Below, in pieces: positions 19,559 through 29,818 of a DNA stretch of 64,000 bases. Position 1 is the stretch's first letter, and each line of letters begins with the position of its first letter. Under the pieces are notes generated by a model that ran no database searches, had not been told where the DNA came from, and worked only from the letters and a program-made list of their open reading frames with translations. A program made the position numbers and the translations under genes. The stretch is from a bacterium (GTDB taxonomy: Bacteria > Patescibacteriota > Patescibacteriia > UBA1558 > GWA2-36-10): NCBI GenBank assembly GCA_018653315.1, contig JABIAL010000021.1, forward strand, positions 3,029 to 67,028. Reading direction: 5' to 3'.

Positions 19559-21865
19559 ATGGCAAGAAGAAAAAAATACAAAAAACGAGGACGACCACAA
19601 ACTCGTCGTTATGAAGAGGAAGATTATCAGAGTGGTTGGTCGTTAGATTCTGAAACTAAAAAAGCAATTATTATAGTGATAATATTTTTAGCAGCCTTTT
19701 TGGGCTTGTTGTCTATGTTTGATGCTGCCGGTGCTTTTGGCGGTTTCTTGTCATCTGTTATGTCTTATGTTTTTGGTTGGGGTGATTGGTTATTTATTTT
19801 ATTATTATTATTTTTAGGTTATATATTATTAAATAGTGAAAAATATCTAGTACGAATTACTAACTACATTGGTTTAGTTTTAATTATCCTTGCTTATTCT
19901 GGTTTGTTTGATTTATTTATTGGAAACATTAATTATCAACAAGTAGTTGATACCGGTAAAGGAGGAGGAGCTTTGGGTTATGGAATTAGTGGGTTATTGG
20001 AAAACTTTTTGGGCTTTTGGGGAGCACTTTTAATTTTAATAGCTGCCTTATTAGTCGGCCTACTATTAGGTTTCAACACCTCCTTTAGGGCCATGGTAGA
20101 CAGAGCTAAGACGCTGGGCATTTTAAAAGAAAAATTATTACCAGAGGATAATGAAGAGGGCGAGTATGAAAATGATGACATTGAGGATGAAAATGCTTTT
20201 GTAGAAGAAGATGACACTGAAGAAGGTGGTGATTACGAAGAAGAAACCACTCAGGATGACGGAGACGAAGAAGAGGAAGACATTGAAGAAGAGGAGAAAT
20301 TGATTGCCACTACAACTACTGCTAAAAAAGTTCGTAAGATTATTATGCCGATGGAACTTTTAACTCACGCTCATTCTAAACCTAGCTCTGGTGACATTAA
20401 TGCTAATATGAGCAAAATTAAGGGCACCTTAGAAAACTTTGGTATTGAAGTTACTATGGGCGAAGTAAACGTGGGTCCGACTGTTACTCAATATACCTTA
20501 CGTCCAGCCGAAGGAGTTAAGTTGTCTCAAATACTAACTTTACAAAATGATTTAGCTCTATCTTTAGCAGCACATCCTTTACGTATTGAGGCACCGATTC
20601 CTGGTAAATCATTAGTAGGTGTTGAGGTGCCAAATCAGACCGTTTCCCTGGTTAAAATTAGAGAAATATTAGAAAGCGAAGCTTATTCCAAACGAAAAAA
20701 TAATCTACATATTTCTTTGGGACGTGATGTAGCAGGCACACCATTGATGGCCAATCTAGCTAAGATGCCCCATCTTTTGATTGCCGGAGCTACTGGTTCT
20801 GGTAAATCGGTTTGTATTAATAATGTTATTACTAGCTTAATTTATCAGAACTCTCCAGATGAATTAAAATTTATTATGGTCGATCCAAAGCGGGTAGAGT
20901 TAGCGGCGTATAATGATATTCCACACTTATTAACTCCAGTTGTTCATGAGACAGATAAGACTATCAATGCTTTGCGTTGGGCGGTCAAAGAAATGGACGA
21001 TCGTTATAAGCTCTTACAAGCGGCCGGTAAAAAAAATATCGAGTCATATAATAAATCAGTCATTGTTAATAAGATTCCTTATATTGTTATTATTATTGAT
21101 GAGTTAGCTGATTTAATGCAGACAGCAGCTAAAGAAGTAGAGGCGGCAATTATTCGTTTAGCACAAATGGCTAGAGCAATCGGTATTCATTTAGTTTTGG
21201 CTACCCAGCGCCCATCAACCAATGTAATAACTGGCTTAATTAAAGCTAACATTACCTCGAGGATTGCTTTTTCAGTTGCTTCAAATATTGACTCAAGGAC
21301 CATTATTGATTCAGCTGGGGCAGAAAAATTATTAGGCAATGGCGACATGTTATTTGTTACGGCTGAATCAAGTCACCCAAAACGTATTCAAGGAGCATTT
21401 ATTTCAGAAGAAGAGATAAATAGCGTAACAGATTATGTTAAGAGTCAAGCTGAGCCAGAGTACAAAGATGCGGTAGTAGAAAAAAGTAGTGGTTCATTTA
21501 CCGGTTTGTCATCTAACGGTGGTGATTATAATGATGAATTGACCTTAGACGCCAAAGAGATTGTTATTAAGGCTGGTAAAGCATCAGCTACATTATTGCA
21601 ACGTCGTTTGCGTGTTGGTTATGCTCGCGCGGCTAGATTACTGGATATTTTAGAAGAAATGGGCGTGGTTAGTCCAGCCGATGGCTCTAAACCAAGAGAG
21701 GTTTTTATTTCACAAGAAGAACTTGAAGAAAATTTTTCTTCTGATTTAGACGAAGAAGCCCTTCGACAAGCTCAGGATGACGAAGGTGGTCAAACAGAGC
21801 TTGAAGATTTTGAGGAGGAAGAAGATTCAGAAGGTGAACACGAAGACGAAGAGGAGGATAGATAA
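19559..21865 (+). CDS. ftsK: DNA translocase FtsK/SpoIIIE
   Basis: 768 aa. N-terminal TM segments, acidic linker, motor domain with Walker A GATGSGKS, and a gamma-like C-terminus followed by an extra acidic tail. Confidence 0.9.
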   Translation: MARRKKYKKRGRPQTRRYEEEDYQSGWSLDSETKKAIIIVIIFLAAFLGLLSMFDAAGAFGGFLSSVMSYVFGWGDWLFILLLLFLGYILLNSEKYLVRITNYIGLVLIILAYSGLFDLFIGNINYQQVVDTGKGGGALGYGISGLLENFLGFWGALLILIAALLVGLLLGFNTSFRAMVDRAKTLGILKEKLLPEDNEEGEYENDDIEDENAFVEEDDTEEGGDYEEETTQDDGDEEEEDIEEEEKLIATTTTAKKVRKIIMPMELLTHAHSKPSSGDINANMSKIKGTLENFGIEVTMGEVNVGPTVTQYTLRPAEGVKLSQILTLQNDLALSLAAHPLRIEAPIPGKSLVGVEVPNQTVSLVKIREILESEAYSKRKNNLHISLGRDVAGTPLMANLAKMPHLLIAGATGSGKSVCINNVITSLIYQNSPDELKFIMVDPKRVELAAYNDIPHLLTPVVHETDKTINALRWAVKEMDDRYKLLQAAGKKNIESYNKSVIVNKIPYIVIIIDELADLMQTAAKEVEAAIIRLAQMARAIGIHLVLATQRPSTNVITGLIKANITSRIAFSVASNIDSRTIIDSAGAEKLLGNGDMLFVTAESSHPKRIQGAFISEEEINSVTDYVKSQAEPEYKDAVVEKSSGSFTGLSSNGGDYNDELTLDAKEIVIKAGKASATLLQRRLRVGYARAARLLDILEEMGVVSPADGSKPREVFISQEELEENFSSDLDEEALRQAQDDEGGQTELEDFEEEEDSEGEHEDEEEDR

Positions 21866-21871
21866 TATTAA

Positions 21872-22576
21872 TTGTTTTTGATGGCAAGTTGGCAAAGAAA
21901 AAAAATTAGCAAAGGACAGACAATTGCGGATAGATTCAAAAAAACTCGTTTAGAACAAGACCTGAGTTTAACCGATGTTCATCAAGCTACTAAAATCCAA
22001 ATAAAATATTTGGAAGCATTAGAAGATGGTGATTATCAGGCCCTACCGGGAGAAATTTATATTAGAACCTGGATAAAAATTTATTCAGAGTTTTTAAATT
22101 TACCAAAGCACGAATTATTAGCTGATTATAAATTAGAAAAAATAATTAGAGCCAAAACAGATCAACCAGAAAAAGTAAGCAAACAAACAAGTTCGAAATT
22201 TTCTTTTAAAAAGCGTTTAATGAAAATTTTGAGACCATATTTTTTAAAAAGAGCGGCAATTGTTTTAATACTTTTAATTTTTTTGAGTTATTTAGCTTGG
22301 GAAATAAACAATATTGTTTCACCGCCGTTTATTAATATTACTGATCCGGCTAATAATATAAAAACTATAGACAGTAGCATTGATATTATCGGACAAACAG
22401 AACCGGAAGTTCAATTAATGATTAATAATGAATTAGTATTGTTAGATAAGCAGGGGTATTTCATTGAAAATATTAATTTATCACCTGGCTTGAATAAATT
22501 ACAGATAAGTGCTAAAAAGAAGCATAGCAGGGCTCAAGTAGTAGAATTGAAAATTTTACGTGAGACCGCAGAATAG
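21872..22576 (+). CDS. RodZ-like HTH (XRE-type) single-pass membrane protein
   Basis: 234 aa. N-terminal HTH, central TM helix and an extracytoplasmic C-terminal domain. Confidence 0.45.
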   Translation: MFLMASWQRKKISKGQTIADRFKKTRLEQDLSLTDVHQATKIQIKYLEALEDGDYQALPGEIYIRTWIKIYSEFLNLPKHELLADYKLEKIIRAKTDQPEKVSKQTSSKFSFKKRLMKILRPYFLKRAAIVLILLIFLSYLAWEINNIVSPPFINITDPANNIKTIDSSIDIIGQTEPEVQLMINNELVLLDKQGYFIENINLSPGLNKLQISAKKKHSRAQVVELKILRETAE

Positions 22577-22635
22577 TTTATATATTATTAAATGAGCAAG
22601 TAAACAGGCTGCTTGCTCTATAGAGGAAGAAACGT

Positions 22636-23649
22636 ATGAGTGAAAAAAAGAAAGTTACAGGCGTAAAATTTAGTCAGGAAACCGAAAATGCTATTGCCCA
22701 AATTCGTAGTCGTTTTGGCGATGGGTCTATTATGAAATTAGGCGAAGCTAGGGCAATGAACGTAGAAGCAGTTAGTACTGGATGTTTATCTTTAGACATG
22801 GCCTTGGGTGTTGGTGGAGTACCAAGAGGTAGAATTGTAGAGATTTATGGTCCAGAAGCTTCTGGTAAAACTACTCTAGCGCAACACATAGTAGCCGAGA
22901 TACAAAAACAAGGTGAAATAGCTGCTTTTGTTGACGCTGAGCACGCTTTAGATCCGGAATATGCTAAAAAAATTGGAGTAAACATTGATGAGTTGCTAAT
23001 TTCTCAGCCAGACACTGGAGAACAGGCCTTAGAAATTGTTGAAACCCTAGTTCGCTCTAATGGTGTAGCTGTGATAGTGGTTGATTCAGTGGCTGCTTTA
23101 GTACCCAAAAAAGAGATTGAAGGTGACATGGGTGATTCGCATATGGGGTTACAGGCTCGTTTGATGAGTCAGGCATTGAGAAAATTAGCCGGCATAGTAC
23201 ACAAAAGTAATACTACTATTATCTTCATCAATCAGATTCGCATGAAAATCGGAGTTTTCTTTGGTAACCCAGAGACGACTACTGGTGGTAATGCTTTGAA
23301 ATTTTATTCTTCAGTTAGAATTGAAGTTAGACGCTCAGCTCAAATCAAACAAGGAGAAAAAATCATTGGTAATCAAGTTAAAGCTAAGGTAGTAAAAAAT
23401 AAAGTAGCTGCACCATTTAAGAATACTACTTTTGACATTATGTATAACGAAGGTATTTCACTTGCTGGAGATATCTTAGATACTGGTTTAACATTTGAGG
23501 TTATTTCTAAATCTGGTAATTCATATAGTTACGGTGATGTTAAATTGGGAGTCGGTAGAGAAACCGTTAAAAGATATTTAAAAGAAAATCCAAAATTAAT
23601 CGCAGAAATTAGAAAAAAGATTTGGCAAGAATACAAAGCGGCTGAATAA
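22636..23649 (+). CDS. recA: recombinase RecA
   Basis: 337 aa. Walker [10 protein letters not shown] and the L1/L2 loops. Confidence 0.97.
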   Translation: MSEKKKVTGVKFSQETENAIAQIRSRFGDGSIMKLGEARAMNVEAVSTGCLSLDMALGVGGVPRGRIVEIYGPEASGKTTLAQHIVAEIQKQGEIAAFVDAEHALDPEYAKKIGVNIDELLISQPDTGEQALEIVETLVRSNGVAVIVVDSVAALVPKKEIEGDMGDSHMGLQARLMSQALRKLAGIVHKSNTTIIFINQIRMKIGVFFGNPETTTGGNALKFYSSVRIEVRRSAQIKQGEKIIGNQVKAKVVKNKVAAPFKNTTFDIMYNEGISLAGDILDTGLTFEVISKSGNSYSYGDVKLGVGRETVKRYLKENPKLIAEIRKKIWQEYKAAE

Positions 23650-23736
23650 AAAATGTAAATAAAACTAAACATAATCCCCTGCTTCTTTAGAAAACAGGGG
23701 ATTGTTTTAAGCAATTATTTTCGCTATAATATCCTT

Positions 23737-25164
23737 ATGTCAACAGCTAATAAAATATTTACTAACACTATTTGGCAGGTAGCTATTAGGGCTATCAGTA
23801 TTTTGATTGGGATAATAAATCTAGGTTTTATTACTCGTATTTTAGGAGCTACAAACTTTGGATTTTATACTACAATTTTTGCCTTTGTCCAAATGTTCAT
23901 GATTCTAGCTGATCTTGGTTTGTATTTAACCCTTTTAAGAGAGGTCTCTAGTACGGATTCTAAAAAAGATGAAACTAAAATAGTTAATAATATTTTTACT
24001 ATTCGTCTTGTATCCTCACTTATTTTATTATCTGCTGCTCCATTTGTAGTTCAACTATTCCCCTATGCGCCAGAAGTCAAAACTAACTTGATTTATTTTT
24101 TAATAGCTTTCTTTTTCCAAAGCCTTACTTCTACCTTGTCTGCTGTTTTTGCCAAAAAATTTGCTATGCCTAAAGTGGCCTTAGCAGATTTAATAAATAA
24201 GCTACTCTATTTAGGTATTTTGGGGTATTTATTTATTATGGGTGGTAAGCTGTCAGCGGTTTTATTGGGTAACTCTATTACACAGGTAATTGCTTTTATT
24301 ATTTTCTTTATTTTTTTACGTAAATATATAAAATTACGTTTTGCTTGGGATTTTATTTATTGGCGACAAGTAATGATTCAAACTTGGCCCTTGGCCTTAA
24401 CTGTGGTTTTAAATTTAGTTTATTTTAAGGCTGACACTTTAATTTTGTCTATTTTTGCCAGTCCTAAAGATGTAGGTTTATATGGTGCTCCTTATCGTAT
24501 TTTAGAAGTACTAACAACCTTTCCGCATATGTTTATGGGTTTAATTTTGCCTTTGTTTACTGCAGCTTGGTTGAAAAAAGACTTGTTTAAGTTACGTCAA
24601 ATTTATCAAAATTCTTTTGATTTTTTTGTTATGTTGACTATTGGTTTTATGATAGTCATCTGGCTAGCTAGTAGTTCTATTATGTCTGTTTTAGCGGGTT
24701 CTGAATTTATTGCCTCTGGACCAATTTTAAATATTTTGATTATTGCTACAACAGCTATTTATTTTGGTACGCTATTTACCTATTTAGTTGTAGCGATGTC
24801 TTTACAAAAAAAGATGATAAAATATTTTTTAATATCAGCCATCGTTGGTTTAGTGGGGTATTTTATTTTAATTCCAAAGTTTGGTTATTTAGCAGCAGCT
24901 TGGATGACAGTAGTAGTTGAAGTGATTATTTGGATATTTGCTTATTGGGTAGTAAAAAAGCATGTTAATTTAAAAACAGACATGACAGTTGTTTGGAAGA
25001 GCGGTGAGGCAGCTTTTGCAGCCTTGTTCGTTGGTTGGTTATTACATAATTTTCATCCATTAATCATGTCGGCGGTAGCCTTATTAGTTTATACTGCTTT
25101 ATTATATTTTTTAAAAGCAATCGATAAACAAGCAATTAAGCAATTACTTAACAAAGAAAGTTAA
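23737..25164 (+). CDS. Wzx-like oligosaccharide flippase (polysaccharide biosynthesis / MOP superfamily)
   Basis: 475 aa with about 12-14 TM helices and a Polysacc_synt-like N-terminus. Confidence 0.6.
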   Translation: MSTANKIFTNTIWQVAIRAISILIGIINLGFITRILGATNFGFYTTIFAFVQMFMILADLGLYLTLLREVSSTDSKKDETKIVNNIFTIRLVSSLILLSAAPFVVQLFPYAPEVKTNLIYFLIAFFFQSLTSTLSAVFAKKFAMPKVALADLINKLLYLGILGYLFIMGGKLSAVLLGNSITQVIAFIIFFIFLRKYIKLRFAWDFIYWRQVMIQTWPLALTVVLNLVYFKADTLILSIFASPKDVGLYGAPYRILEVLTTFPHMFMGLILPLFTAAWLKKDLFKLRQIYQNSFDFFVMLTIGFMIVIWLASSSIMSVLAGSEFIASGPILNILIIATTAIYFGTLFTYLVVAMSLQKKMIKYFLISAIVGLVGYFILIPKFGYLAAAWMTVVVEVIIWIFAYWVVKKHVNLKTDMTVVWKSGEAAFAALFVGWLLHNFHPLIMSAVALLVYTALLYFLKAIDKQAIKQLLNKES

Positions 25165-26456
25165 TGTTAGAAATTTTAGCTATAATTTGTTTGGGAGGAT
25201 TTTTACTGATAGCCAAGCGTAGTGTTGTCTGGGCCTTGGCGTTAATAATTTTATTGTTGCCTAGTTATTTATGGCGCCTAGATTTCTTAGGCTGGCCAAC
25301 AACCTTTTTGGAATTAATGATTGTTGGATTATTTATTTTTTGGTTAATTAAACAACAGCGACGACAAAAAATTAATTGGCGCCTAAGTGGTTTTGCTAAT
25401 AGGATAGCTAAACCATGGCGTTATTTCATATTAACTTGGTTATTGGTCAGTGTTATTGCTTTGATTTTTAATTTTAATTTATCAGCTCTTGGTTTATGGC
25501 GAGCATATTTTTTGGAACCAATTTTATTTTTATTAATATTTTTATACTCTGTTAAAAATAAAGAAGATCGACAAATTATATTTTATGGCCTAGGTGGTTT
25601 GGTTGTGTGGTTAGCTTTTGTTGCTATCTGGCAGAGTTTTACGGCCTGGAATTTACCAGCTGCTTATAATGAGCCTAATATTAAAAGGCTAACTGCAGTT
25701 TTTGCTTATCCTAATGCTTTGAGTTTATTGATCGCGCCTATTACGGCCTGGTTTACTGGTCTATGGCTAAGCAGTAAACATAAAAGTAAAGAGCTGGCTT
25801 ATTTAGGAGTAATCTTTTTAGGAATTTTATTATTAGTTTCCACCAAGAGCGAAGGAGCACTGTTGGCTTTTGGCTTTAGTTTATTATTTTATTTTTTCTT
25901 TGCCAAAATAGCCAATAAAAAGAAGTTGGCATTAGTTATAATTTTAATTCTAGCCATATTTTTGACACCTGCTAAAAATTATATTACTCAAGCTACAAAC
26001 GATATTTTACAGCCAAACTCGAATCAACATACAAGCTCTTTAGCTGTACGTAGTTTGCAGTGGCAGGAAACTACAGAATTATTACAGGATCATTGGCTGG
26101 TCGGAGCGGGTATTAATGGTTACCAAAAAATGATGGTAAATTACCATCAAATTACTTGGTTGGAAATATTTTTATATCCCCACAATATATTTTTGAATTT
26201 TTGGGTAGAATTAGGCTTCTTAGGTTTGCTACTTTTTATTACTTTGATGTCTTATTTAGCTAGAACGTGCTATGGGCTAATTAAAAATCAACATTATCTA
26301 GCCTGGGCCCTGACCTTGGCTTGGTTAACTTGGTTTGTTCATGGCTTAGTCGATGTGCCGTATTTTAAGAATGATTTAAGCGTTTTATTTTTTATATTAT
26401 TAGGACTTACTATACTAGCTGTTCGTGATAATAAATCCAACTCACGATTGTTATAA
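25164..26456 (+). CDS. O-antigen ligase/polymerase-like (Wzy_C family) membrane protein
   Basis: 430 aa polytopic protein with a large loop region in the C-terminal third, typical of the WaaL/Wzy fold. Confidence 0.5.
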   Translation: MLEILAIICLGGFLLIAKRSVVWALALIILLLPSYLWRLDFLGWPTTFLELMIVGLFIFWLIKQQRRQKINWRLSGFANRIAKPWRYFILTWLLVSVIALIFNFNLSALGLWRAYFLEPILFLLIFLYSVKNKEDRQIIFYGLGGLVVWLAFVAIWQSFTAWNLPAAYNEPNIKRLTAVFAYPNALSLLIAPITAWFTGLWLSSKHKSKELAYLGVIFLGILLLVSTKSEGALLAFGFSLLFYFFFAKIANKKKLALVIILILAIFLTPAKNYITQATNDILQPNSNQHTSSLAVRSLQWQETTELLQDHWLVGAGINGYQKMMVNYHQITWLEIFLYPHNIFLNFWVELGFLGLLLFITLMSYLARTCYGLIKNQHYLAWALTLAWLTWFVHGLVDVPYFKNDLSVLFFILLGLTILAVRDNKSNSRLL

Positions 26457-27801
26457 AATACAAGATCCCAAAAATATGAAAGATAGCTGGCGTGGTAATG
26501 TTGATTAACATTATCGCTAAAACGCTAGCTAATAAACCGAGATATAATTCTTGGTTTTTTGTTTGTTCAAAAACACGTTTCATTAAAAAGCCTAGTAAAA
26601 TTAAAGTAAATAGTAATCCAGCTAGTCCCCACTTAATCCAAATTTCGAACCAACCCCAATCAAAATGACGAGTGTTTATTTCATCAGTAATTACGCTCTG
26701 TCCCAAGCCTTGTCCCAAGATAGGCGCATCTTTTATCATGTCTACAATAGGCGGCAATAGCTCCATTCGGCTTTGTGAACTGACCTCTGTTTGGGGTGCG
26801 GTAATGCCACTAAATTTTATACCTAAAATTCCCCAGCCATTATCTGCACCTTGGCTGCTGACAATATTTATTATCGTAAATATACTAAAAATAATTAGAA
26901 TATTTAAAATAAGTATTTTAAACCAGCTTCTCCAGCTATTTTTATATTTCAAAATTAATAAACCGAGTAGTAACCCCAAAATATAAGCGCGAGAAATATT
27001 TAAACTAAAAATTAAACCACTTAACAATAATAAAACTAAATAAAAATTATGTTTATACTTTAACCAAGCCGTAGAGATGATCAAAATCACGGGCACCAGT
27101 AACAATTGCTCAGGAAAAACTATGCGCCAGAAATAAATGCTAGAGGCAGTGATTTTAGCTAAGGCAAAATCGCGCAACCAATTATAATAAGGTTGATGAA
27201 GTACAGCTAGATCAGTAGTAAATAAAATAAAATTAAATAAAGTCCAGGAAGCACTACTTATTAACCAGACAAAAAGCAATCGCGCTAAAAAGATTTTGTT
27301 ATTTTTATTTTTCCAAAAGTGATAAAGAGGAAAGATTAAGAAAATAAAAATTATCGGAATCAAATCCTGAATGATTAGTGGCAGAGGATTATGATTTTGC
27401 CAACCAATCAATGCAGCGGCAAATATGATGACAAAAAATATTGATAAGCTATAAACTATTTTTTTTGGCAGCTGTAATAATTCTTTGTGTTTTAGACTAT
27501 AAGAAAAATATAAAATCAAGAAAACTATAGTTAATAAAGTTCTCAATGACATGTCAGTTAATTCAAAAAAATGTCCTACGCCACCAAGTAGATATTCAGC
27601 TAATAAAAACTGTAAGGCATAATGCCAATTTTTATTAAATAAGTAAATTAGTATTATTAAAGCACTAATAACAACTAGGCCTTGTAAAAAAACAGCATCT
27701 CTTAAAGTAAAAGATAATAGTCTAACAGAAAAAAAGGCTAAAATTAGCCAATAAACTTGAGTAGAAATTATCTTTGCTTTTATATTGGAAAATGCTAACA
27801 T
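26410..27801 (-). CDS. O-antigen ligase/polymerase-like (Wzy_C family) membrane protein, paralog
   Basis: 463 aa polytopic protein. Its 3' end overlaps that of the preceding gene by 47 nt (convergent). Confidence 0.5.
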   Translation of the reverse strand: MLAFSNIKAKIISTQVYWLILAFFSVRLLSFTLRDAVFLQGLVVISALIILIYLFNKNWHYALQFLLAEYLLGGVGHFFELTDMSLRTLLTIVFLILYFSYSLKHKELLQLPKKIVYSLSIFFVIIFAAALIGWQNHNPLPLIIQDLIPIIFIFLIFPLYHFWKNKNNKIFLARLLFVWLISSASWTLFNFILFTTDLAVLHQPYYNWLRDFALAKITASSIYFWRIVFPEQLLLVPVILIISTAWLKYKHNFYLVLLLLSGLIFSLNISRAYILGLLLGLLILKYKNSWRSWFKILILNILIIFSIFTIINIVSSQGADNGWGILGIKFSGITAPQTEVSSQSRMELLPPIVDMIKDAPILGQGLGQSVITDEINTRHFDWGWFEIWIKWGLAGLLFTLILLGFLMKRVFEQTKNQELYLGLLASVLAIMLINITTPAIFHIFGILYFITIVSWIYYHEQLV

Positions 27802-27828
27802 AACATAGATATTGTAACATTATTTTAT

Positions 27829-27848
27829 GGAGGCGTGCTAGAGTGGTT
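27829..27848 (+). pseudogene. truncated 5' fragment of tRNA-Ser (first 20 nt) fused to a palindromic repeat
   Basis: GGAGGCGTGCTAGAGTGGTT matches the 5' end of the intact tRNA-Ser 88 nt downstream at 18 of 20 positions. It lacks anticodon and T arms. Confidence 0.5.
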
Positions 27849-27868
27849 CCTGCCTGCCGGCAGGCAGG
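27849..27868. repeat. copy B (perfect 20-bp palindrome CCTGCCTGCCGGCAGGCAGG) of the repeat family
   Basis: Perfectly self-complementary. Immediately follows the truncated tRNA-Ser fragment. Confidence 0.7.
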
Positions 27869-27916
27869 TAATAAGGCGATCCCGCCAGAGGCGGAAATAA
27901 TGATAATTTATATTTT

Positions 27917-28004
27917 GGAGGCGTGGCAGAGTGGTTTAATGCGTTGCTTTCGAAAAGCAATGTCTCGCAAGGGACCGAGGGTTCGAATCCTTCCGCCTCC
28001 GCCA
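27917..28004 (+). tRNA. tRNA-Ser (anticodon CGA)
   Basis: Acceptor GGAGGCG/CGCCTCC, anticodon stem TTGCT/AGCAA with loop TTCGAAA, long variable arm, T-loop TTCGAAT, encoded CCA. Confidence 0.8.
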
Positions 28005-28032
28005 ATGTTTATTTTAAATTAATTTAAATCAT

Positions 28033-29148
28033 ATGAAAAACGCAAAAAAAATCATTGACTCTTTATTGACCGGTACCGGCATTACTATCAATGGATCAAA
28101 TGTTTATGATCCGCAAGTACACAACGATAAGTTTTATAGCCGAGTTTTAAGAGGTGGTTCTTTAGCGCTTGGCGAGTCTTATATGGATGGTTGGTGGGAC
28201 TGTGAAAAACTTGATCAGTTTTTTCATAAGGTTCTCAAAGCAAATTTAGATGAACGCATTAAGAAAAATTTAGACTTAATGCTTAGAATTGCCTGGAATT
28301 TTGTTTTAAATCCAGGTAGAGAATCCAAGGCTTTTGAAGTAGGTGAAAAGCATTATGATATTGGTAATGCTTTATATCGTCAGATGCTTGATAAACGCCT
28401 TACCTATACTTGTGGTTATTGGAAAGACGTACAAGATTTAGATGAGGCAGAAGAAGCAAAATTAGACTTAGTTTGTAGAAAGATTGGACTTAATACTGGA
28501 CAGAGTATATTAGATATTGGTTCTGGTTGGGGCAGTTTCATTGGCTATGCTGCTGAAAAATATGATGCTCATACAGTTGGCTATACTATTTCCAGAGAAC
28601 AAAAAGAACTAGCCGACGAGATGTATAAAAAATATTCCGCTGAAACCAGGTTACAAGATTATCGTAATATTAATGAAAAATTTGACCATGTTGTTTCAAT
28701 CGGGATGTTTGAACATGTGGGCTATAAAAACCACCGTACTTTTATGAAGGTTGCTAGTAAGTCATTAAAAGATGATGGTTTATTTTTGTTACATACTATA
28801 GCTGGTAATAAGTCAGTCAAAGCGACTGATTCCTGGATTAATAAACATATTTTTCCAAATAGCATGTTGCCATCTATGACTCAGATCGGCAAAGCAATTG
28901 AGGGATTATTTGTGATAGAGGACGTGCATAATTTTGGTCCTGATTATGATAAGACATTGATGGCTTGGTTTGCTAATTTTGATAAGGCTTGGCCAGGGAT
29001 AAAACAAAATTATTCCGAACGTTTTTATCGTATGTGGAAATATTATCTTTTGTCCTGTGCTGGTAGTTTTCGAGCTAGACGTATTCAATTATGGCAAATT
29101 GTTTTGTCTAAACATGGAGTCGCTAATGGATATAAATCAGTTAGATAA
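28033..29148 (+). CDS. cfa: cyclopropane-fatty-acyl-phospholipid synthase family SAM-dependent methyltransferase
   Basis: 371 aa. CMAS-family blocks (YDIGNALYRQML, LDIGSGWGS SAM-binding motif, conserved C-terminal region). Confidence 0.8.
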   Translation: MKNAKKIIDSLLTGTGITINGSNVYDPQVHNDKFYSRVLRGGSLALGESYMDGWWDCEKLDQFFHKVLKANLDERIKKNLDLMLRIAWNFVLNPGRESKAFEVGEKHYDIGNALYRQMLDKRLTYTCGYWKDVQDLDEAEEAKLDLVCRKIGLNTGQSILDIGSGWGSFIGYAAEKYDAHTVGYTISREQKELADEMYKKYSAETRLQDYRNINEKFDHVVSIGMFEHVGYKNHRTFMKVASKSLKDDGLFLLHTIAGNKSVKATDSWINKHIFPNSMLPSMTQIGKAIEGLFVIEDVHNFGPDYDKTLMAWFANFDKAWPGIKQNYSERFYRMWKYYLLSCAGSFRARRIQLWQIVLSKHGVANGYKSVR

Positions 29149-29227
29149 TAGCTCGTAATTATTGATATTTTATACATAATCAGTAACACATCTATTGGGT
29201 TGCCGGTTTTTTTGTTATAATGAAAAT

Positions 29228-29818
29228 ATGAAAAAAATACAGACAACGATGAGTACGCGTATACTATTATTGGTTAATATATTTCCGATTATTGGGATTA
29301 TATTTTTTGATTGGAATATTTTCAGTATCTTTTTTCTATATTGGGCAGAATCAGCAGCAATAGGTATTTTTAATATTTTCAAGATGTTTAAAATTGGTGG
29401 TCCACTTTCTGTGCCATTGGTAATATTTTTTATATTCCATTACTCGGTTTTTATGATGGCTCATTTGATGTTTATCATGGTCTTATTTAATCCAGGAGGC
29501 ATGTTGATGGTAATGAATCAATCAGATTTAATAATTTATTTCAAAGATATTTATATTGTTTTGGCATTTATATTTATTAGTCATGGTTTTTCATTTGTAG
29601 TTAATTTTTATCAAAAAAAAGAATACAGCAAAACAACCTTAGGTAAACAAATGGGTGCTCCGTATGCTCGCATCATAATAATGCAACTAGCTATTATATT
29701 TGGTGGTTTTTTACTGATGTTATTGCATAGTCAAATATTAGTGGCTATATTGTTAGTTGCTCTTAAGATATTCTTTGATCTTAAGGCACATAATAAAGAA
29801 CATTTAATAAAAACATGA
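29228..29818 (+). CDS. polytopic membrane protein, hypothetical
   Basis: About 5-6 TM helices. Start chosen at MKKIQTT rather than the upstream ORF start. No recognisable motif. Confidence 0.35.
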   Translation: MKKIQTTMSTRILLLVNIFPIIGIIFFDWNIFSIFFLYWAESAAIGIFNIFKMFKIGGPLSVPLVIFFIFHYSVFMMAHLMFIMVLFNPGGMLMVMNQSDLIIYFKDIYIVLAFIFISHGFSFVVNFYQKKEYSKTTLGKQMGAPYARIIIMQLAIIFGGFLLMLLHSQILVAILLVALKIFFDLKAHNKEHLIKT

